The notes below the pieces were generated by a model. It saw only the letters and a program-made list of their open reading frames with translations, was not told where the DNA came from and did not search any database. Shown in pieces: positions 1-9,303 of a stretch of DNA of 20,000 nt. Origin of the DNA: Albugo candida (lineage: Eukaryota); assembly GCA_040437565.1 (NCBI GenBank), contig JBDOQK010000031.1:369046-389045 (forward strand), given 5' to 3'. Made by a program: the position numbers and the translations under genes. Positions within the stretch are counted from its first letter, which is position 1. The number at the start of each line of letters is the position of its first letter.

Positions 1-1
1 A

Positions 2-1429
2 TACGAAAATGTGCGACAAATATTGGAAAAAGCTCGAATTGATAAAGAAACTTTGCGTCGCGAAATGGAAAAGAAACAAAGAATTAAAGAAGAAATCGCT
101 TTGAAAGAAACAAAACAGGCTTTGAATCAGCTTGGACGCAATGATCTCGATACGATGGACCTGGAAAACATCGATCGAGAGAAAATCGATGAATTGATGA
201 AAAAAGCCAAAATGAAAGCACAACGAGCAAAGGAAGAAGCACAACGAAAAATTCGAGAGAATGCTCGTCGATTAGACTATATCATACGTGCTACTCGCGA
301 AGTGGAGCAGCCTGTTCTCCAGCAACAATTCATCAAAGCTAAACAGGACGCGAAAATCAATTACGAAAAGTCGAAAGAGGAGCGCATCAAAAATGCGCGT
401 GAAGAGCATGAGAATGGCCTGAAAGAAAAAGAAAGACTTCTGCCCGCTCAAGAGATCATTTTAGAATTCGAAACAGCTCATTTCCGTCGTCGACTTGAAG
501 AATTCAAGCTGATCTCTGAAGAGCAAAGAAAAGCAGCTTTACTCGCAAAACTTCAGAAACGTGTTGCGAACGCAAAGGCTCGTTTCGAAGATGAGAAAGC
601 AAAGGCCCAGGAACTCCTTGAACAACAGCAAGCCGAAGAACTCGCTCGCCAGAAAGAGCTTGAGCTAGAAAATGAAGAGAAAGCCAGAGAAGAAGCAAAA
701 CGTGCTGAGATGCAGCGGTTAGAAGACCAAAGAAAACGGGCAGAAGAGCTAAGGATAGAAGAGCAACAAAAACGAGAGGAGGAGCAGAGAATGCAAGAAC
801 AGAGCAAGCGTGACGCAGAGATGAAACAGGAGCGACAGCCGACTCGATCGTATGGCGCTGGAGCAGATGAGGGTCAAGGTCGCTGGAGTCGGACAGGATA
901 CAAGTCATCACGTGACCCGCCCTCCGAGAAACCCTGGGAACGTCAGGGTGCTCCAGCTAGCACGGCTTGGTCTGGAATCCGTAGAGGTGATCGTGACCGA
1001 GATTCGCAACGCCCAGATCGATTACAGGACGATCAGGGTCGGGATAGAGGCTCATATCGACGGCCCGGTGACCGAGATAGCTCTCGACCTGACCGAGGGA
1101 TCGATGATCAAGATCGTGAGAGATTCTTTCATCGTCCGAATGATCGCTCTGAACGCAAACAAGATGTACCTAATCGTGAACAAGGTTGGCGGAGTAATGA
1201 TCGGGATTCTGGTGGATACAGAAAACCAATCCGCGATACCGATCGCACGATCGAGAAGGGTGTGTGGCGGAAGGATCGATCAGACTCGGGAAGTGTGCAA
1301 CGCGAAGGTTCCAATATTGATGAAACGAATTCCGCACGGGAAGATAAAGGCGCGTATCAAGCTCCTCGTAAACGGGATCAACCACCTCCGCGGGACCGTG
1401 TATCGGCACCGAACTCAAGATGGAGATGA
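2..1429 (+). CDS. eIF3a: Eukaryotic translation initiation factor 3 subunit A, C-terminal part (5'-partial, gene starts upstream of the window)
   Basis: Frame is open from nt 2 to TGA at 1427-1429. Long E/K/R-rich coiled coil containing RLDYIIRATREVEQPVL, which resembles the eIF3a 'DYxxRAxRxEExPLL' segment, followed by a low-complexity R/D/G/W-rich tail ending ..SRWR, typical of eIF3a C-termini. Confidence 0.88.
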   Translation, partial: YENVRQILEKARIDKETLRREMEKKQRIKEEIALKETKQALNQLGRNDLDTMDLENIDREKIDELMKKAKMKAQRAKEEAQRKIRENARRLDYIIRATREVEQPVLQQQFIKAKQDAKINYEKSKEERIKNAREEHENGLKEKERLLPAQEIILEFETAHFRRRLEEFKLISEEQRKAALLAKLQKRVANAKARFEDEKAKAQELLEQQQAEELARQKELELENEEKAREEAKRAEMQRLEDQRKRAEELRIEEQQKREEEQRMQEQSKRDAEMKQERQPTRSYGAGADEGQGRWSRTGYKSSRDPPSEKPWERQGAPASTAWSGIRRGDRDRDSQRPDRLQDDQGRDRGSYRRPGDRDSSRPDRGIDDQDRERFFHRPNDRSERKQDVPNREQGWRSNDRDSGGYRKPIRDTDRTIEKGVWRKDRSDSGSVQREGSNIDETNSAREDKGAYQAPRKRDQPPPRDRVSAPNSRWR

Positions 1430-1680
1430 TGTTGAGGTGATCCAGTCGTTTAAAATATCTCATTCTTTTGACATTTTGTTTCTCATACGGGGCTTCTTCC
1501 CATACGCCCGTGTGTCTCACATTCCTTTTACTTTGTTTCCATGAGGGAGCTCATCGCACGGGAGATACATCGAGAGCTGTTGCGTCCGAACTGTTCATCA
1601 CGAGCGTCGAAAATCACAGCCACCTGACTTTTCCATACAGCCATAATTGAACAAAATGTATCAATCACAAGCTGAACTGA

Positions 1681-4600
1681 TCATTCCACCAGTTCAGCTT
1701 TTGATTTAGGACTATCCGATAAAACGTCACGAGGTGCATCAGCTTGGTCGGAATCGATTACCAGCTCTAAAAAGCTCAAAATGATCGGTTGGGTCTGAAG
1801 ATTGAGGCAGCTCCGGCAGATTTGATTCAGATATCCGTGCAATCGAACGACTTTATCTTTGAGATAATTTGGTTCGAGTTTATTCCATACTCTAGAATCC
1901 GGTAAAGGAGGCAGTTGCCCGTTGGGCAAGAGTTTTCGTAGTGATTGATGTAGCTTTTTGAATTCTGAATGGCGACGGTGAACCACTTTGATCGCGGAAG
2001 TCGATACTGCCACTTGGATGACGAAGACGGCGTATTGCATCCCATTAATGTCAAGCGATAATTGATACCCATCTATCCTGGTTTGGATACGCGAGACATC
2101 CCCAAATTCACTTCCATTGTGCTCTGTATCTTCCGTTAATGAAAATTGAGCGGAAAGAGATCGCTCTAAACGATCTTTGTGCCGAAATATCACACAACTG
2201 TGTACCTGTGCAAAAGCATCTAACCAGCGATTGAATGCAGCCTGGCCGCGAACTCGCATTTCTAACAATGTTCCATTTTTCGATAGAATTCGGAATAAAT
2301 GACCTGTTTCGTAGCTGAACATTCGAGTTTTTCTCAGGTCACATTGCGAGTTGGTAATATCTTTAGGAGCTTCATCATACGCCGTGATGGAAGTATCTTT
2401 TAGTACGATCCAACGATTCGTCCATCCTTCATACCAGCCTTTCGGAGCCTTTTCTTGCAGGCTTCCCACTTTCATTGCACCAAAATAATCCACACATTTG
2501 TCGGATGGTAAAGTTATCAAAGATTCATGCTTCCTACAAAGCCAACGAATCAGTTAAAAGCATGATCGACATTGAGCAGAGAAGTCTGTACCGTGTACGA
2601 TGATCCGCCCTTGCATCTTTGTGAGTCTCCGTGACACCATTGATAGCAGCAATCCATTCGTCCCGAGTCGTGGAAGAAGAAGCTCTCAGAGTCAAGGTCT
2701 CGGAACTATCCATCGAGGTGCAAAAACTTGTCTCCATCTGACCTGTTGGTGATTTCGATGTATCTGATACGGCTACTTGACTTCCATGCGTGTTCCTTTT
2801 ACAAAATCGGATTTTGAGCGTAAACGGATCATCCCCAATCACAGCCTCTTCAATCGAAGTGAAGTGATGCCGCCAACGGCGACGGCAAACTACATTTGAT
2901 AGATGTTGAAGCAGGAATAAGCGATCGTGAGTCATCATGACAACACGCTCGTACGAAAATCCTGTGCATTGGTCTCGAATAAGAGCAGTTCCAGACAGAT
3001 ACACATTTGCGTGTGGTGTAAGTTCTATGTGGTTTCGGAATAATTCTGGAAGCGGCATCTGAGCACTCAAATAGCGTCGAAGCTTGTCAATGACCGGACG
3101 ACACATTTGCATGATTGTAAACATCACAACATCCTCACTGAACCAGTACGAAGAATGTGATGCTGTTGCAAATGCATACTCCATCATCAGATTTTCTCGT
3201 ACTCGTCTTCGCATCACAAAATCAATTCTCGGAAACGGAAAGCCATGAGCTGGTGCAGTGATCAATTCCCACATTTCCTGAAGCTTGACGAAACCAATCT
3301 TCCGAACTGCAGCGGCCTAAAGTCCAAATCAGCCAAAATGTCCACTAAAACCATTCAATAACTCACATTAAGCAACTGCACTGGTGGCTTCTTATGCATC
3401 TCTTTCTTAATCAGTGGCTCGACACGATACGCAATCGGATCAATAGGGTGAAATATGTTGAAATATCGATTACAACGAGGCATATTGATACCAGCTGTGA
3501 AGCGTCCTTGTTCGATATCTAATTCTCCTCGTGAAAGTATCATCACAGGGACAGGAGACCTACACATGAATATGTCTGTCACACTGCGCGTTGCATCGCA
3601 AGTGGACACGTACCCAGCTGCAAAGAAATTCTCTACTATAAAGTTGAGAGGGGGAAAGTTCAGTCCCTTCTTGGAGTCACCCCCGCTTTGGTGACTCAAT
3701 ATATCATACGCAATCACTGAACCCAAAGAGTGTGCAAAAATTGATACGTGCCCTTCCCAGCCTAAATGGAGCGTATGAGATGCGCCAATGTATTACGAGA
3801 TGGTCTGTACCAGGATGTTCGTCAAGAAATATTTGATACTTTCTGTTCAATTGTTTTGTGACAGAATTGATAATTAGTTGCCCGTATCGTGGTGACAGAT
3901 AATATAGCACATCCATCAGTGTATCTTTGTTGAATTCACGAATGCTGGGTCAGAAAAGAAATAATCAGCGTCTATATCGTATAGTAGATAACAGTNNNNN
4001 NNNNNNNNNNNNNNNNNNNNNNNNNNNNNNNNNNNNNNNNNNNNNNNNNNNNNNNNNNNNNNNNNNNNNNNNNNNNNNNNNNNNNNNNNNNNNNNAGAAT
4101 TGATAATTAGTTGCCCGTATCGTGGTGACAGATAATATAGCACATCCATCAGTGTATCTTTATTGAATTCACGAATGCTGGGTCAGAAAAGAAATAATCA
4201 GCGTCTATATCGTATAGTAGATAACAGTAATCCCACCTTGAAGATCCTTCTGGGCAAATGAGATCAAATACATTATCGACACCAGTGGGTCCATGGAGAT
4301 CTTCGTGCCATTCGATAGATTGCATTTCCAATGCGAGAGGAATCTCACGAAATGTAGAATCAAGTGTACCCTGAAATAACTCTCTGAATGTGTGGCTTCC
4401 TCCGTCTAAACCTGACTGCCCATTCCACGACTTGAACTCCCCTTCTTGGAAATCAACGTGCTGACCAATTCCATGAATAATAAACATAAGATGGTTGATC
4501 GTTGAAAGTCGCAACTAGAACATACGCTGGATGAGTAATTCCGTATTTCTTTGATTGTTAGCGTTGCTTACGTACCGTTGATGGAAATTCATCGATGTTA

Positions 4601-5608
4601 TCATCCTCGCTATCACTTTCTTCAGAATCTGAATTGGTGAGTGTGAAAGCAACCAAATAAGAGAAAACAGCGAATTTATTGACTACTCACCGACTGACAT
4701 GGATCGAGTACTACGTGACAAATGTGCTGTACTGCACCTTCGAGTGAAATATCTGGTGTCATCTTGGTTTCTCCCGCGTTGTCTGGTCAGAAATGAAAAG
4801 TGTGTTGTCAAAAGCGGTAATCGCTGCTCATCATTCGGTAGCAATCTTGCAAAATCGAGTATAATTGGGCCGAGTTCTTCGATAGGAAGAACGTTCGAAA
4901 GGTAAGAGTGGAATTGAGGCGCTTCTTCATTGCCTGATCCAAATCGTAATGCATGATCCTTGAACCTTTCGAATTCAGAATCATCATTCAGCACAAACTG
5001 AAGTAGCCCAAGTTTAGTAAGTCATCGAAATTCGTCAGAATAACCCACCAAGATTCTTTTTGTGACTTCATCATTGAGAGCTTTTGCTGCCTGTTTGCCC
5101 TTCACCGGTACAACATCTTGGAAGTCTGACCTATCTGCGGCTCTCGTATCGTCTAGACGTGCAACGACAAATTCTTCGACATCATCTTCTTCCATTCTTT
5201 TAGTAACCCCATCGACATCAATGTCTCCAGAATCATGCGTGCCAACCTATTCAAAGCTAATCAGACAGAATTAGTGAAAAATAACTCGCAAGAAAAGCTC
5301 ACGTCAACTCGCTGCTGTAATTGAGATACTAATTGATTTAGCAGATGTCCAGATTTCTTCAGCTTTGTGATATTACTCAAGACTATATCGGTATGTACAG
5401 CAATAGACGATGTTAAATCGCTACTTTCGGTTGGAAACATCTCAAACTGCTGCTTTGACATATTGATGATTTCCATCATACTTGCTTGAAACTTCTTCGC
5501 ATATTTGGCCGGAAATACAATCTCAGGTGACACATCACTACTTTTGGCATGACATAGTGCATCACCACAGTCCATAGATAATATTGGCTTGGACGCTAGC
5601 GCAGTCAT
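1681..5608 (-). CDS. DDHD-domain (PA-preferring PLA1 family) phospholipase with N-terminal PAH-like module and C-terminal PH-PH-PX domains; 10 exons, ~1064 aa
   Basis: Minus-strand exons: 5608-5303, 5246-5049, 4997-4691, 4628-4576, 4514-4237, 4177-[gap/duplicate copy]-3811, 3761-3614, 3559-3367, 3316-2592, 2533-1681. All nine introns are GT..AG, 49-62 nt, and phases join in frame (3195 nt once the duplicated 133 bp is collapsed). Family motifs appear in order: HLMFIIHGIG, IEWH, IREFNKDTLMDVLYYLSP, VSIFAHSLGSVIAYDIL (nucleophile elbow, 3721-3735), FFAAGSPV, FNIFHPIDPIAYRVEPLI, RIDFV, HSSYWFSEDV. These are followed by two PH-like units (..LRASSSTTRDEWIAAI; WTNRWIVLKD..FNRWLDAF) and a PX-like unit (VHRRHSEFKKLHQSL..LPPLP..LHGYL). 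Confidence 0.85.
3863..4228 (+). repeat. 133-bp direct repeat flanking the N gap (3863-3995 and 4096-4228); probable unmerged contig overlap
   Basis: The two copies are offset by 233 nt and identical except G3929 vs A4162. Both copies abut the N run. Confidence 0.93.
3996..4095. other. Scaffold gap (100 N)
   Basis: Exactly 100 N, a common placeholder length for gaps of unknown size. Confidence 0.99.
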
Positions 5609-6224
5609 GATGGAAAAAATACACTGAGAACATTGAGCAGCTCATAATCGATATGATATGTGGTACACTTTATATACAAATACGAAGATTATTTATTATA
5701 GTCACTTCATTTTTTTGTATGCATCGTTAGAGGGTAGTCAATACGTGAGGAATATTCTGCGCGATTTTATTGATACTTGGTAGCGTATCGTAATACTTTG
5801 AATGAACGCGATATAGAGTTCATTTGTAGTGTCAAAAAGAGTACGAACTCGAAATACGACTGGTTGTTGATTTTAGAAATTGATAGCGTATGTATCAACC
5901 TATTTTCGAGTAGTGAAATCAAGGAAACCGCAATAAATACCCAGGGTAAACGCAATAGGATCACTGATTATGCCAATGAGTGGACACAAGTATATGCTGC
6001 CTTCTGCCGCGAGCTCCCCACGTAAACTTGACTGGCTCTGCAGTCGGTTAAAGAAACCACCAAAGCAGTCAAATCGACACAATCAGTTAGGCCGTTAATT
6101 CGCATTCTCTTTCGAATAAGTGTCGACATTAGTATCTTCTGTCGCGATGAGATCCGCAATACACTAGTTTAATGTGCTATAAGTACGCTGCATTTGCATT
6201 GTCCATTCTGGAACGATAAAACCA

Positions 6225-7279
6225 ATGGCTGGATGGGATTCGCTCGACAGTAGCAGCCCCACATTAATTATCTGTAGTATCATCGCATTAGCTATCTCCT
6301 CGCTACTCGTCTACAAATCAGAAATCTTTCGACATAAACATGCCCATGCATTACAGGTCACAAAAGGCGGGGAACCGATTACAGTTCATTTACCTCTCGT
6401 CGAAAAAGAGCGCTTATCACACGATACGAGACGCTTCCGATTTGCACTACCGAGTAAAAATCACGTGCTGGGCTTGCCAGTGGGTCAACATATTACTTTA
6501 CGATACAAGCAACCGGATGGAAAGGTTGTCATGCGCTCTTACACTCCCGTCACATCGGATGACACACTTGGCTATGTGGACCTTGTTGTCAAAGTTTATT
6601 TCAAAGACGTTCATCCGAAATTCCCTTTAGGCGGTAAAATGTCTCAGGTAATCAGATCTATTCTCATGTTGCATTAACTGTCTCAAACGAATGCTATGAA
6701 AGTACCTGGAATCACTTAATTTTGGAGACACGATCGAGGTGTCGGGACCAAAAGGAAAATTGACGTACCTTGGAAAGGGGAAATTGAAGATCAAGCGCCG
6801 AGTCACTGATGCGAATGCAGAAATTCGTTCAGCAAAGAAAATCGGAATGATTGCAGGAGGCACTGGAATCACCCCAATGCTGCAGATATTACGTCGGGCA
6901 TTGACAGATCCAAAGTATGTTCGTTTAAAATCTGGACAATCTTTCTTTACAACCTCTTCTCGTGAATAGGGATCAAACAGAATTTTTTCTCTTATTTGCA
7001 AATCAAACAGAACAAGACATCTTGCTCGTGGACGAGATCAATGCCATGGAAAGAGAACATGCGAAATTACACGTCTGGTTCACAATTGATCGTGACGCCA
7101 GTCCAACTTGGAATTACTCTGTCGGATTTGTGTCCGAAGATATGATTCGCGAGCATTTACCCCCACCAGCTTCCGATGTACAAATTTTTATGTGTGGACC
7201 TCCGCCAATGCTAACATACGCTGTGCAACCGGCTTTGGAGCATCTCGGTTATGAAAAAAGTATGCTGTTTGCATTTTAA
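6225..7279 (+). CDS. CYB5R: NADH-cytochrome b5 reductase, membrane-anchored; 3 exons, 314 aa
   Basis: Exons 6225-6647, 6703-6914, 6970-7279, with two 55-nt GT..AG introns. N-terminal hydrophobic anchor ([16 protein letters not shown]). Motifs: [27 protein letters not shown] (FAD), [25 protein letters not shown] (NADH), [21 protein letters not shown]-terminal FAF. Confidence 0.96.
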
Positions 7280-7309
7280 CATTTTCCGAAAAAATACAAT
7301 TGCACAGAG

Positions 7310-9152
7310 CTATACGATTTGACGTGTCAGACTGTTTGTTTTGCGATTCAATAGAGACGTATATGTGTTTTGTGGATCGACTTGTATTCTTTCCTTGGTC
7401 TTCCTCTGTGCGAGAATCAATTGATTGGAAGAAGATTTGATGTGATCACGACTCATGGCCTCCTCACACTCAATCTCCGAGGCCAAGGAGCGACCGATGC
7501 GATTACTGATCGCGATGTTGTCGCGTTGTTCACTGTGTTGACCATCGAATGCGGGATGATTCCACGAACTATGATGTATATCAACACCTTGTGTGAGGAA
7601 TGCGGACGTAACATCATCAACCTTCAGATCATGTGCAAACTGTGCAATGTCACCACTGAAAGACTCCTCATTCTCAGCGTCAATATTCAGCTGCTCGTTA
7701 GCTCTCGCATTTTGAATAATGCTCAGCATATGGGTGAGCACATTCTGAGTCCATTCAATAGCATCACACACAGATTCATCCGTGACACGAGCTCCGACAT
7801 TATCGCCTTGCACTCGCCTAATCTGATCAACCAAGTGCCCAACACCCGCTTTAATTCCGGTCAAAAGTATGTCATAGTGTCCATACTCTGCTTTCACTCG
7901 CTCCAACATTGCAAGAGTTGGAGTATATATTTGGTTGTGCTCTCCATTTACGTTGCGTCTAGCTTTATGATTAAGTTCTTTGTCTCGAATCCTCTCCTCA
8001 CTGTCGGTGTTTGACTGTTGCAAGGTAAGCAGGCGATGTTCGTTTTCATGAAGTAACTTCAAAAGCTTTTTCATCGTCGCTTCTTGATCAACAAGTTTTT
8101 CTATTGCCTCATCCACGTTGTTACTGCCAATAGTTTCCATCATTGCGCGGAAAGCAGACAAGAATTCTTGCGCACTATTCTGACCCCAATGAGCGTTTAC
8201 ACAATTAGGAACCTCTGGTGAGATCTGTTCGTGAACAGAGTTCTTTTCGGATGGAATGTCATTGTCAACGCCTTCAAGGGACGATTCTAGTTTGAATTCC
8301 CTAAAACCATCTAGCTCTTTGTCCGTTGAATTCACAAGATGAAGCTTTAAGATATGCTGTTTACCCTTCAGCTCTTGGTCGCGATTTCGCTTCTCCTCTT
8401 CATATTTCACTTTAAGCTTCTCGAGTTCTTGAAATGTATGTTCCTTCGATTGTGTTGCGTCCGAATGGAGCAATACCAATTCTTCATGATCCTGGTCTCT
8501 ACAAGCCATACTTTTCTCTATAGCGCTAATTTGTGTGTCAAATGCTATACGCTCTTCTTTAAGTCGTTTGACAATCTGTCGGTAGGTCCTACAGATATTT
8601 TGGGCTTCGTTATACTTCATCATTGCTTTGTCGAGCCTACATTCGAAAATGCGGATCTTTTTGACCTCAGGTGTGTCCTCGATACTTGGCTTCTTCGAGT
8701 CCAGCTCCAGATCTCTAAATTCGTCTTTCAAGTCTTCGTAGAGTGCTGTTTGAGCTTGAACGCGGTGACGCATATCATCGTACTGTTTACGTGACCGATC
8801 GAGAGCTTTGAGCAATTCTTCCATGCCTTCAGCCTTTCGACACCCGATAGTATTTGCTGTGGTGTAGCTGATCGTGTCAGAAGTATTCTGCTTCAATTCA
8901 GCAAGCTGTTTGCGCAGCTCCATATTTTCGTCTTTCAATTCTCGAATGTATTCTTTGTTTGTATGTTTATTTGATTCCAAGGAACTGATGTTGGACTTTC
9001 GATCGATTTCTACGTGATATAACGCGCAGATTCATCATGTCTCGAGTTGTGACTACCATCTAGAACTTACGTAAAAGCCGAATCTTTTCTCGAACATCTC
9101 CCATCTGTTCTCCTTTTCGCCTCTCATAGTCCTGCTCCAATTTCCTCAACAT
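7310..9152 (-). CDS. CCDC151: Outer dynein arm docking complex coiled-coil protein, CCDC151/ODAD3-like; 2 exons, ~593 aa
   Basis: Exon 1 is 9152-9071 (ATG..KIRLL), then a 61-nt GTAAGT..TAG intron (9070-9010), then exon 2 at 9009-7310. The spliced KIRLLQIDRKS..NKEYIRELKDEN and IRIFECRLDKAMMKYNEAQNICRTYRQIVKRLKEE resemble conserved segments of the CCDC151/ODA-DC family. The protein is coiled-coil throughout. The exact paralogue (CCDC151 vs CCDC114/63 class) needs a tree. Confidence 0.75.
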
Positions 9153-9303
9153 ATTGCGATGACCCGTTTGCATCGGAAATTGAGACCGTTCAAAGGCCGA
9201 AAATAGCGAGTCTATGAGGTCATTAAATGGAGTCAAGCGAAACGAAGAAACAACAAGCCCGTGTTATCTTGCTAATGATATCATAGTTTCTACCCGATGA
9301 CAA

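Noticed and set aside
504-1650. Overlapping ORFs 504-911(-), 553-807(-), 852-1544(+), 1129-1314(-), 1170-1520(-), 1468-1650(+)
   Set aside because: Alternative-frame or antisense shadows of the low-complexity eIF3a tail and its 3' flank; no recognisable motifs.
5609-6224. Short ORFs (60-82 aa) in the divergent spacer between the lipase and reductase genes
   Set aside because: Non-ATG starts, no recognisable family and no convincing splice model. More simply a shared divergent promoter region, though a small gene or ncRNA cannot be excluded.
7370-8794. Plus-strand ORFs of 214 aa and 146 aa
   Set aside because: Antisense to the CCDC151-like gene; their hydrophobic composition is what the reverse complement of E/K/Q-rich codons produces.
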